Positions 38,701 through 50,656 of a stretch of DNA of 64,000 bases are shown here, piece by piece. The first letter of the stretch is position 1. Each line of letters starts with the position of its first letter. A program made the translations under genes and the position numbers. This stretch comes from Chrysemys picta bellii (lineage: Eukaryota), in the NCBI RefSeq assembly GCF_011386835.1, contig NC_088814.1:2046001-2110000 (forward strand). The letters run 5' to 3'. The notes beneath the pieces were generated by a model that worked only from the letters and a program-made list of their open reading frames with translations, was not told the DNA's origin and did no database searches.

Positions 38701-41700
38701 GTGGCACCCAAAATCACTTGTCATTTTTGCAAGTGTTGACTCTGGTCTTTCTGGGGGATTTGGAAAGGGCCCTCGTGTGTTTTCCCGGGGTTGGGTAAGT
38801 GGCTGTTTATGTCTTTCCAGATATCCTAGATAACAGCCGAGTCATTAGCGAAGAAGGCAGGAAAAAGGTACGTTTAGTGCTATCAGACTCCATCTCTTTT
38901 GGCTCTATGTACAGTCCAGTCTGCTGCTCACATGCTGCTTCTCCTGCTAGGGGGAGTAGAGACGGTTAGAACGCAGCCCTGGGACAGATGTGACCCCCTG
39001 CCAGCAAAGAGAACAGAACAAGTTTCCAAACAGCATTTCCGATATGGGAGCACTTGTCAGAGTTCAAGGGAATTTTTACAAACCTGTCACCACACCCAAG
39101 CATGGGCATTTCATGTCAAAGAGAACAGTGATAAATAGTGAGCAAAGGACATTAATCTCTGTCTAGAACAATTTGGCCTTGGTGACACTCAGCATGATTT
39201 CTAGAGCAGTATTAAATATTTCCCTTGGGACCCCGTGAAGTTGCCACGACACTCAGTTGTTTCATGAACAATTTAGGGTTTTATTTTAAGCTGTGATGCA
39301 TTTGTGAATTCTGCAAATACTCTACTTGCTGGTTGTGAAATCTCTTTTTCGACGCCCTTAACTGTTCATTGCATTTTCTGTTTAAACCCATCAAACGTTC
39401 TAGTTAAAAGATCTACTGCACTATTACTATCCAATTGAAATTGACCCCAACCGGACCATGGAAGAAAAACGTCCCCTCATGGTGGAATGGTGAGTGACTG
39501 TGTCTGAGGGCTAATTTCGTGAGCTAGAAAATAAGTGGGTAAACAAGAAGAGAGAGCGGAATTCAGTCCCCTGATCCCCTTGCGTAGCAGAACTCACTGT
39601 GCAGCGGAAGTACAGTTTATTGATAGTCCATCTTCCCGTTTCTCCAAGTGCATGAAGCGTCCTTTCTGGTAATATGACCAGGATCGAGCCTGGTAGATCC
39701 CGTTACAGAATGGCAGTGCTGTGGACAAAAAGCAAAGGCAAGGAGCACATGGACAGGGAGGAGCAGGTTTGTCTCTATTGTATTGTTAACTCTGATGCAA
39801 ACTGCCTTAGCATGTGGCAGTCGCAGTGCCATCGTGATCCGACTTCATGAGATCTCAGTGGATTTGTTGGATCCAGAAGATTTATGTGTAGACTTGCAGC
39901 TCTGGAAGTAACGTTCCTGATAAGAAAAGGATGCAAAGTCACTTAGGCTAGGTCTACACTACGGGGGGGTCGACCTAAGATACGCAACTTCAGCTACGTG
40001 AATAGCGTAGCTGGAGTTGCGTATTTTAGGTCGACTTACCTGGCTGTGTGGACGGCGGCGAGTCGACCGCTGCCACGCCGCCATCGACTCCGCTTCCGCC
40101 TCTTGCCGCGGTGGATTTCTGGAGTCGATGGCAGAGCCATCGGGGATTGATTTTATCGCGTCTTCACTAGACGCGATAAGTCGATCCCCAATAGATCGAT
40201 TGCTACCTGCCGATCCGGCGGGTAGTGAAGATGTGCCCTTAGAAAAGAGGGAGAGTAGGTCCCGTTTGAGAGCAGGACATGGAAGCGACAGACGGCTCTT
40301 TGAAAATGCAGCCGTCAGAAGTGAGCCCGTGGCTTTTGTGCCTGAGAAGGAAACACCAGTTACTTCCTTTTTCCTTTCTTACTTGTGGGTTTCATTATTC
40401 CCCACCCGAGCGATGGTGCATCTAGCACAGCTGTACTTTCGCTGCCCCGCTCTCACACCCTCCACGAAAGGGATCCCAAAGGGCCTGGTATTTTGGGCTG
40501 GGTTATTTTCCAGCTCTGATAATCAGTCCCTGGTAATAGATAAACAGTAACTGCATTGAGGAGTGCTGAAGAAAAAACAGGGCAAGTCGGACATTTGTGT
40601 TGGGTGCCCAGATACCCTGGTGGTGGACATAATAAAATGCATCGATTAAGTAAGTGCTACCAGCCTGCCTCAGGCAGCCTCTTACCCATAATGAGCCTTA
40701 TATGTGAAGCAGAGAGAAAGTTGAAACTCTCTTTAAACAACAATTAGTCTGACGGGCGGTGTCTTGGTCACGGCTCCGGTAATTTCCCCTAGGTCAGATC
40801 CTAGAAGCTCACAGTCTGTCAGAAATGAAGCTCACTTTGGTATGTGTTTCCAGGTGGACCAGAGCCCACGACGTCTTGTTGCAACAGAAGATTTTGAAAA
40901 GTGACATAGCCAAGATCGTCAGAGAATCCGAGGTGATGCTCAGGTAGGGGTTTGGGGTGGTCTCTGCAGCTTGTGTCCCCTCTCTCCCTTCCCGGTGAGA
41001 GCACAGACCGCGAGGGCTCTGTCGCGCTCTCTCTCGACTTCTGGCACCTGCTCATTCCATTCCGAGCCTGGGTTTGTCAGAGAGAGAAAAAGGGAGGCAC
41101 TGAACTGACTTCTGAGAACTCTAATCCGCCTCCGAGTTGCTTTCTCGCCCTTTCCAGACATGGCACATAAGGGGCAGCAGGCCAGAACGTACCCCCGTCA
41201 CAAACGAGTCTCAAAATGCAACAACACAAACGCCAACCTAAGCCTTTTCCGCATACTTGGCTACTCCTAGGGTTCCTCCCCAAGAACTGCTCCGCCCACC
41301 TGTGAGGTCCACGCCCACCTCCCGTAAATCCAGGTGGGGTAGCAAGCCCCTTGCATCAGTGAGTCGGCAGAGCCAACTTAACATAACCTCCCAGGATCAT
41401 CAGTGACTAAGAGGCTGGGTTTTGTGGGCAAACGCTGCCAATCTGTTACAGATAAGAGTTTTCTCTCTCTGTGAACTGCCTGGAAAAGTCAAAAGTGACA
41501 AAACCCAGCAGCTTTTTGTGTGGCACAGACACCAGGTGTGTTCAACCCACAGGAGCAGCTGAGAGTCTGCCCAGCAGGTGCCATTTGTGTTCGATTAGTG
41601 ATATTTATTCTGGTGCAAAGAAAGCCGGAGCTTCTGTCTCTGATCTCAGTAGGGAACTGCATTCCATGGGGAAAAACCGCTTGCTCGTTTGTACTGCGCC

Positions 41701-44700
41701 CAATCTGGTGTGATTACCGTATTGTGGTAGCGCGTGGAGGTTGTGCTAGGGGCTGCACATGCGCAAAGAGTAATAAGATGTTCCCTGTGCCAAGAACCTA
41801 CAACCTAAGAGCCCACAGGTGGCTGCAACAGAGACAACACGCGGTCTGATCAGTGTGACCACCAGCTGCCTGGCCCGTGTTGCATCCAGAGCTTTGTGCC
41901 CTGGAAGTCACTCTCGTACAGCCTCTGGGGAAGCCAAGGACCATATTTCCTGTAGGTAATTTGCGTTTGGGAGAAATAGCGTGGGATGAGTGTTACCCCC
42001 TGTCCACTGAGAGCACTAGCTGGGTATACATCTGTGCAATAGATTTAACAAGCATCATCTTTCCTGGGAGCTTTGCTGCCTAAGGATTAAATTCCTTTTT
42101 CTAGACCAGCTGAGCTGTGTGGTCACGGATTCCATGGGGGAAGGGCAGTGATTATTCCAGTATCTATACTTCTGGCAGTAGAAGGCTGCATAGTCCAGGG
42201 ACCTGAGGTCAGGAACTCTTGGCTCTGATGCTGGCTCTAACGCTGCCTTCCCCTGTGACCTCGGACGAGCCATGTCCCCTCTGGGCCTCGGTTTCCACAG
42301 CTGCTGAAGTATTAGTCAGCATTTCTAGACCAGAGAGCCAACAGTGTGACAATGGGCTCTGCAGTCTAGCAGAGGTGGGTCTAACACGATTCAGGGGCTG
42401 GAAGTTGAAGCGAGACAAATTCGGACTGGAAATAAAGTGTCCGTTTTTAAGAGTGAGTCATTCCACTGGGACAATGTACCCAGGGTCGTGGGGGCGTCTC
42501 CAGCACTGACCGTTTGGAAATTGAGATGGGGGGCAAGTTCTCTGGCCTGTGTTACACACGTCAGACTAGAGCATCACATGACCTGGCCTTGGAATCGATG
42601 AAAAACCGGTGACTGAAATCCAGCCTATAATGCCCGGGGAGCAACCCCTGCCTAGGCTGTTGGTGCGACCGAGGAAGAAGTCGTGCAGAGGATGCATCCC
42701 AGGTTTTACATGGAGCCCGACGCACTTTGGGACAGGGTTCAGGGAGTTACGTGCATACCATAGAGGGTGAAATTCACCCCACACCAGGCCCATCCACTGT
42801 TTAGTCCCTGTTTATAAGGCGGGGCACTTTGGGGCAGGCTTGAATTTCACCCACAGTGCAGAAACAATCGATAAAGTTTGTCGTTTGTGCACCTTGCCAC
42901 CAGAGCCAGGATTTAAGGAACGCCCTGGTGCCTTGGAGCATGTAGCAGTCCCTGCCCAACGAGTTTCAAGTCTCCAGTGGGGATGAAAGCACTTGCAGCA
43001 CCGTGGTAGTGCGACGCACTTGTGCTCTGGGGTGAAGGATGCTGTTGTCACTCTAACGGACATTCCTCCCTCAGGGACGGAGTCAACACCTTCTTTGACC
43101 AACTCCACCAGCACAACATCCCCCTGTTCATCTTCTCGGCCGGCGTGGGCGACGTCCTGGAGGAGGTCCTCCGGCAGGCCGAGGTGTTCTACCCAAACAT
43201 CAACGTGGTGTCCAACTACATGGACTTCGATGACAAGGTGCGCTGCGCGACGTGCCCCGTGGTTGGGTCACGTTAGCCCTGAGGGCGGGGCAGGGGACAT
43301 CCAGAGAGGGCGCCGTTCGGTTAAAACCCATCTGTCCATTGGCAATGTCATCCCTTGTTACCATAGCAACCTTTCCAGTTATTAGTGCTGAAATGGCTTT
43401 GAATGCGAATGCATCTATATTAGCGGTATTACGGTAGCACACCAGACTAGGGCCCCATGTGTAAAGACAGTCAGAGAGAGCCCGGCCGGCAGAAAGCTCA
43501 CACCCTACATTCACAAGGCTGGGGAAAAGTTATGCAATATACAAGGATCTACTTGGCTCTTCTCCTTTCTGTGTTGCACTCGGCAGGAGAACATGGGCTG
43601 CTGCTCTTGGCTTTGTTTCAAGTCGCTTTCACTCTCTGGTTTGCCTAGGCCCGTGATACCGTGTTTGGGGGGGCGGGGGCAGCGCTGCGGGAGGATGGGC
43701 GTTGACTTACCATAATTATCCTTAAAACCTATGAAACCCCCGGAAACCGCCCACGAAGTTGGGCCTGATTCCCAATGGCTCCCTTGGGGTGGACATGGGG
43801 GCACGTAGGGGTTTAGGAGATTTTAGTCACCCAGGGGCCGCTCTGACTTGCGCTTTGCTTCCTGTCGCCCCCTATGGAGCCAGGGAAGCAGAGAATAGCC
43901 ACGTTCGCTGCTCCCCAGCCTGGCCCCCGTTACGTCCCTGATCCGCCCCTGACACCAGGGCCACTGCAGAGCTTTTGCCTCAACTCTGCACTGCCTGGGG
44001 AAGGCCTTCTGCACAAGGCAGATTCCACCCAGTTAAAGGCCCCTTTATGCTGCCAGAACGGGGCCTGAGTGGCTGAGAGTTGGGCCCTTGCTCCCCTGGT
44101 GGCCTGGGAGCCCTTTGGAGGGGCGGGAGATGCCACCTCTGGGTGGTGCTGAAGGGCTCTGGTCCTGTGTGCAGCCCTCCAGCGAAGGGGCGGGTTGCTC
44201 TGGAGCAGGGCCCTTGGGCAGCGTGGGACAGTAGGTTTCCCAGCTGGCTCCGCTAAGAGCATCTCTAAGAAAGGTGCAAGTCAGGCTGAAGTTTTGTTCC
44301 TTCAGCCCCGAGACACCCCAGAAATCATCCTGTCCGTCCGTCCTTTGCCGCACAGGGCGTCCTGAGACAATTTAAAGGGCCGCTGATCCACACCTACAAC
44401 AAGAACAACGCAGTCCTGGAGAAGACGGAACATTTCCAGCTGCTGAGCAGCAGCGCCAACGTCATCCTGCTGGGGGACTCCATGGGAGACCTGAGCATGG
44501 CGGACGGGGTCGCCAACGTGGAGAACATCCTCACAATCGGATTCCTGAACGACAAGGTGAGTGCCAGGGCAGAGGCCGCGGGAGGCTGTCTGCCCTCTGA
44601 GCGTTCGCAGGGGAGTGGCGGGGGCGCGGGTGGGAGGTGCCTGCGTGCTGCAAGAGAAGTCTGCTGTCTGGCATGCTGTATGAAATGAGTTTGGTGGGTC

Positions 44701-45137
44701 TCAGCCCAGTCCAGGTGGGGAAGGTGTCCACATCACACCTGACCCCCTTGTTCGCCCCTCAGCTGAGCTGGATGGGTCATCCCCCCGTGGCCGGGTGGGG
44801 CTCCTGTGCCGGGTTGCAGAGGGGAGAGCTTGCCGTGCTGCGCCCCATGCCTTGGAGATGCTGTCTCTAGGGCTGTGGATGGGGTACCTTTCACCAGCCC
44901 TGAATCCCCCGTGCTGCTTTCATGGGGCTCCTGGAGTTCTGAGCTTGGCAACCGGCCGCGCTCGTTCTCAGCTGCTAATGTTGCCGTCCTGTCCTGTCCC
45001 CTCGCCCCACGGCGGCTCTGCAGGTGGACGAGCGACGAGGAAAGTACCGGGATGCCTATGACATCGTGCTGGAGAAGGACGAGACTCTGGATGTGGTCAA
45101 CGGGATCCTTTGTTACATCCTTGGAGACCTGAACTGA
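35748..45137 (+). CDS. NT5C3B: 7-methylguanosine phosphate-specific 5'-nucleotidase (cytosolic 5'-nucleotidase IIIB, HAD family)
   Basis: Exons 35748-35750 (ATG only), 37239-37337, 37980-38049, 38821-38867, 39404-39489, 40854-40943, 43075-43237, 44356-44556, 45024-45137. 290 aa, [12 protein letters not shown]...[10 protein letters not shown] (DxDxT)...IFSAGVGD...LLGDSMGD...YILGDLN*. The ATG-only first exon is inferred from the Kozak context, the donor and my recollection of the MVPELEKA start in birds. Confidence 0.95.
35757..36265. repeat. G-rich minisatellite at the start of NT5C3B intron 1
   Basis: 13 exact GAGCACTGGG motifs plus variants, interleaved with GGGGCAGTGG and GGGGAACAGGGCA modules. 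Confidence 0.97.
39946..40238. mobile_element. Non-autonomous PIF/Harbinger-like MITE
   Basis: Ends GGCTAGGTCTACACTA / TAGTGAAGATGTGCCC; TSD TTA at 39943-39945 and 39239-type position 40239-40241; internal similarity to 9652-9947. Confidence 0.8.
42376..42530 (+). mobile_element. Short CR1 ORF2 fragment
   Basis: Translation [22 protein letters not shown] resembles the CR1 ORF2 C-terminal motif. Confidence 0.55.
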
Positions 45138-46238
45138 GAGCCCAGGACCCTGACTCCGGCCTCTCAGGATGGTGTCTTGGGACCGTGCTTCCCATGGCAG
45201 AGTCAGGGCGATCTGAATCCATCTTGATGCCCTCGGGAGTTCCCCTCCCCACCCCCCGGCTCCCTCCTGGGCTTTTATAAATACGCTTTTGTCCATCACT
45301 CCTGGGATTGAGGGGTGAGCTGGAGAAACTCTCTGCTTGCCCCAACTACCTCCACCATGTCTCTGCTCAAACCCCAGCCGGTGCTGCTCCCGGCTCGTGT
45401 CCCATCCCACGAAAGCTCAAAGCCACTAAGGCAGGGTCGTCGTTTGGCTAGCCAGGCCGTCAGCCAAACGACGCAGAATTAAAGATGCCTTGCAGAGCTG
45501 GGGACCAACGTGTTTAAATGGGTTCGTTCTGCCGCCCTAATCGCCTCTGTCGGGGAGCAGGCACCTGTTCGTTGTAGGTCCATCACAAAGCGTTCAGGCC
45601 GGACTCCGGCTGCATGGTTCAGCTGCACAGCAGAATTACAGCTTGCCCTGTGCTGGGGGGCGCAGGTGTCTGCAATTTGCTGTGGAAACCCTACAAATCC
45701 CCTGGTCAGTTCTCTGCTCCCTCTGCCTGCAACCTACTGGGACGTTTGTGGGTGTCACTGCTCCCTGGTGGCCGGAGAGGGGACCAGAGATGATTTTAGA
45801 GGGCGTAAGCCCCACCCCTGTCTGTGCACCGACCTGTTGTGGGTGGAGCCTGGAGCTGCTCAGAGAGCATGGTGGGCGCAGGTGGGAAATCTGGGTTGGG
45901 GGACGTTCTGGCTGCCTGGGCTTGTCGCTTGGAACATTAACACTTTGGGTTTGTGAGATGATTGTGCAGATGCAGTGATGCTTAAAGGGGTGGGACTCTT
46001 GTGAGGATTGCTGTCCGAGAGCTGCTTGTGTGATGAACGCAAGGGCTGAGTTTGGTCATCCCGCGGTGGAGCAGGGTTTGCTTGGCTGCTGTGTTTTGCT
46101 GGCAGGAGGACGGGGTTGTGGTGTGCAGTGAATCCCACTGGCAAGCGGCTCTCGCTGGAGCAACGAGGCTCTGCTGGCCAGTCACGCGGTGCTGTGGAGT
46201 AGAGTTGTTACAGCTGAAAAGTCAGGCAGCAGGTTTGT

Positions 46239-46912
46239 CGTGTGTGGACAGGGGTGTTGGGGGGCAGTGGCAGCTGTGGGTCCTCGGGGTGGGTAGTTTA
46301 AAAGCGTCTGGGAGGGAGGGAGAGCAGGCTAGTTGTGTGTGGACTGGGGTGTTGGGGGGCAGTGGCAGCCGTGGGTCCTCGGGGTGGGTAGTTTAAAAGC
46401 GGCTGGGAGGGAGGGAGGGCAGGCTAGTTGTGTGTGGACAGGGGTGTTGGGGGGCAGTGGCAGCTGTGGGTCCTCAGGGTGGGTAGTTTAAAGACGGCTG
46501 GGAGGGAGGGAGAGCAGGCTAGTTGTGTGTGGACTGGGGTGTTGGGGGGCAGTGGCAGCCGTGGGTCCTCGGGGTGGGTAGTTTAAAAGTGGCTGGGAGG
46601 GAGGGAGGGCAGGCTAGTTGTGTGTGGACAGGGGTGTTGGGGGGCAGTGGCAGCTGTGGGTCCTCAGGGTGGGTAGTTTAAAGACGGCTGGGAGGGAGGG
46701 AGAGCAGGCTAGTTGTGTGTGGACGGGGGTGTTGGGGGGCAGTGGCAGCCGTGGGTCCTCGGGGTGGGTAGTTTAAAAGCGGCTGGGAGGGAGGGAGAGC
46801 AGGCTAGTTGTGTGTGGACAGGGGTGTTGGGGGGCAGTGGTAGCTGTGCGTCCTCAGGGTGGGCAGTTTAAAGACGGCTGGGAGGGAGGGAGGGCAGGCT
46901 AGTTGTGTGTGG
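46239..46912. repeat. 95-bp minisatellite, 7 copies, with alternating A/B variants
   Basis: GGGGTGTTGGGGGGCAGTGG anchors at 46251, 46346, 46441, 46536, 46631, 46726, 46821. Confidence 0.98.
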
Positions 46913-49755
46913 CTTTTTGAAGCGTGACTATTGTATATCTAACCCTTTGTGCCGGTTCTGGGGTCTCCGGGCAGCACGTCTGTCAGCAACGTAAAATCTC
47001 TCTCCCTCAAATACAAAAAAATGGAAAGGAAAAGCAGTGCACCCCCTCTGGGCCCCGTCTGCTGGGATCCCTTCCGGGCGTGACAGTCACGCCGGCCTGA
47101 AAGAGGGGCTGACGCTGAGCAGGCGTTCTGGGTCCCCCTGTGCCCATGGAAGGGCTGGCTTTACTTGCTTTACCGCGCAGAAAGCTTTCTTTAAAGATTG
47201 GCATTTCCAAAGAAGCAGGAACCCCATGTCCCTCATGCCGAGTTCAGCCCTCTGGCCTGGGTACATGAGAACTGCCCACCGTGGCAATCCGGGCTCTGCC
47301 TCGGTGGCATTTAACTCATCCTAGGGGGACCCAGACTCCTGTACTCGGCAGCTGGATGGGGGACAGACAGCTGCTTATCGACTGGGCTTGGCCTGCGTGC
47401 GGCGAACCATCGGAGAGTGCAGATGGCTCTTTCCGAACTCCCTGTCCCGCCCTGTCAAACTCCATCTCCTTTCACGCTGCTCCTGTCGGGGAGAGCCAGA
47501 GGCTCGCGTTACGTTACAGGCAGCTCCCACCCTGCGCTCTCCTCTGCGGGTGGAAGGGACCTGGGTTCCTGCCGTGCAAATTGTTACTAGTCCTGTTCCT
47601 AGTGAGGTGCCGTCCACGTGGCTGTCTCGCTGTGACCCAGCCTGGCATTAGCAACCCAGGTTTGGTAAGCGAAGACATTTGTCATTTGGCTTGTAGGAGC
47701 TGGGCTGGTCCAGGTTCACAGGCAGCCATCTGGCTCGCTCGCTGGGTCACGGTCAGATGTAAATGTCACTTGTGAGGGGGGGGTAGGTTTTATTCCGTTT
47801 GTTGAAATAAATACGTTTGATAAAGCCAGCGTGTGAGTGGTTTGTGAGCTCGCAGTACAGCACTGCCTGGGGTGCCCGCCGAGGCGTACAGAACTTGCAA
47901 AGGTGGGTGAGCTAGTTAGCCTCATGTTCCAAATGGGGAAACCGAGGCACGGGACGTCGAAGAGTCACAACTAGCGAAGGAAATCGCATCTCCTGACTTG
48001 CTGCTCTAACCCCTACGCTTGCGCTGCTTCTGTATCTGAGAGATTCCCAGGGGAACCGCAAAGACCTGCGTCACTGCAGAGATGGCTAACCCAGCGTCCT
48101 GTTCCGGGCTGCTTCAGAGCAGGGTGCAAGAGAACCTGCAGGGGGCAGCTTTCTGATCCCCCCAATGACCAGCACCTCTCCCCACTAGGCAGCCTGGGGC
48201 CAGCCAGTCTTCCCGAGGGCTTCGAGGTTAGAACAGCCTCAGCTGAAACTGGGGGTGTCTGCGGCCAGGCGGGAGCCTCTGAAGGAGACAAAACTTTTTC
48301 CAACCCAGGGCTGCAGATGCAAGAAGCTTGGATGGGGGGTTATCCAGCCAGACCCTCCACAGCTCCCCCCCACCGGGACAGCGAACACAGACCTGCGTGT
48401 GGGGACCTCTCTTCATGCAGACAAGCGCAAGCAACGGTTCATCCCAAAATAACGTGCCGGGAAGCAGAGTTGTTGGAAACCACTTTAAATCAGTTTATTG
48501 GGTGCAAGGCAGAAATTGCTATTGGGGGGTTGTTTGAACCTTTACATCATCTTGTCCTTGCACTTCTGATCTTTTATCTTGCCCAGCAGTTGGCTCTCGC
48601 AGACGCTCGTCGGCTGAGCCGTGATCTTGGGACACAAACCTTTAAAACCGGAGACACTGGCCAAAATTTGCAAACGTGGGAGACTAAAGTGAGGCTCCTG
48701 AATGATATTTAAGCATCTCAGTAACAGTGGGCTGAGTTCCAGTGGTACTGAGCACGCCCAGCTCTCATCAGCGTCTGGAATCCGGGTGCTCAGAAACTGA
48801 AAATCAACCCACTTGTGTTAGCCCAGCTGGGAGGGTTTGGGCCCTGGATTTTCCAAACTGACTGGTGGTTTTGGGGCCGAACTGTGTAAAATCAGGCCCC
48901 TTCAAGGTGTCTCAAGTTCAAGCCCCAAAATACCACTGGGCCTAAAACCACTCATCACTTTGAAGAACTGGGTCTGGTACCATTCTAGCTGTTGCAAGAG
49001 CCTGGACCGGGGCTAGGCAATGGCATTACCTAGAGAGATTTTTCAATCCCTTGGGAACAGTGACTGGGTTCCTTACAGGAAAAGCTCCAGCAGATGCCAG
49101 TTCATGCCCCTTGCTCCAGCGGCTGCAGGCTGCCCTCGCTGGCTCACGTTCTGCACTCTGGGTACGCGCTGGGAGGTGTCCTGGCAGCGACAGCCTCGAT
49201 CTGCACAAGAGCAGCGCTGCTGAAATGCTCAAAGAGCCGAGCGAAGGCAAAGGGCCGGGTCTGACGTGGGGTTACAGGCAGGGCTCTCAGCTAGATGGGG
49301 GGATGCCACCAACTTCCAGGAATCCCAGTCCCAACCCCAAACCCCACGTCATTGGAGAGAGCAGATGGGGGGATGGGTGCAGCTGGGATTCATCCAGTTC
49401 TGCTCCTGGGCTGGGGCAGGGGAGTTAATCTGTGTCCACAACCAGGTCCACAGCCGCAGCCCCCACCCCGTCAGAGGCAGACAACGTCTTGGAGACGCAT
49501 CCGGCACTGGCAGCAGGCAGGCTGGGTGGGCCTGTCTCTGCAGGGGACAAAGGCAGAGCGCAAAGCCAGGGATTAAATCACTCAAAGCCCAGAGAAGAAA
49601 AGTCTCTGGGTTCTGGTCTCAAAGCAGCTGGATGCAATTCCAGGGTAGTTTGGGAAGGGGTGTCAGTTACCCCTGTGTAGCCCCTGGAGCCTTCAGGCCC
49701 GGGGTGTGGGTGGAAGTCCTAGGAAATAGCTCACGGTTGGGTCTAGTTTCTAGGC

Positions 49756-50379
49756 CAGGGGTGGGCAAACTTTTTGGTCTGAAAGTCACATCTGGGTATA
49801 GAAATCGTATGGCAGGCCATGAATGCTCACAAAATTGGGGGTTGGGGTGTGGGAGGGGGTGAGGGCTCCGGCTGGGGGTGGGGAAGAGGGGTTGGGGGTG
49901 CAGGAGGTTGCTCTGGGCTGGGACTGAGGGGTTCGGAGGGCGGGAAGGGGATCAGGGCTGGGACAGGGGATTGGGGTGCAGGAGGGGGTCAGAGTGCAGC
50001 CTCCGAGCAGCGCTTGCCTCAAACAGCTCCTGGAAGCAGCAGCATGTCCCCCCTCTGGCTCCGATGCGGAGGTGCAACCAGGCAGCTCTGTGTGCTGCCC
50101 CGTCCGCAGGCACCGCCCCTGCAGCTCCCATTGGCTGCGGTTCCCGGCCAATCGGCGCTGCAGGGGCCGTGACTGGGGCGGGTGCAGCATGTAGAGCGGG
50201 GCCCCCTGGCTGCCCCTACATGTAGGAGCCGGAGGGGGGACATGCTGCCGCTTCCGGGAGCCGTGCGGAGCGGGGCACACCCCTGACCCCGCTCCCTGGC
50301 TGGAGTGGGAGCTCGAAGGCCGGATTAAAACATCTGAAGGGCCGGATGCGGCCCCTGGGCCGTAGTTTGCCCACCCCTG
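49756..50379. mobile_element. Intact non-autonomous hAT element (624 bp)
   Basis: Perfect 16-bp TIR CAGGGGTGGGCAAACT / AGTTTGCCCACCCCTG; perfect 8-bp TSD TTCTAGGC. Confidence 0.93.
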
Positions 50380-50656
50380 TTCTAGGCTCTGCCTTTAAAG
50401 GCAAGAATTTGGGACCCTCAGGCCTGGGTTTGTTATGTGGAGTTTTTCCCCTGCTGGCTTGTTAGAAACGCTTCCAATAAAACACCATTAAATAGTAAAA
50501 AAAAACAACCAAACAACCTCGCTCTGCAAAGGGGTTGGCACTAAAGTTTCCTGAGCTGGCTTCTCTAGGGCCCAGTCCCTGTGGTGGTGGGGGAGCAGCC
50601 CACTCCAAGGTAGGAAAGGACAAGAAGAAAAGTTGTCTCTTGAAGGCAAGAGCTCC

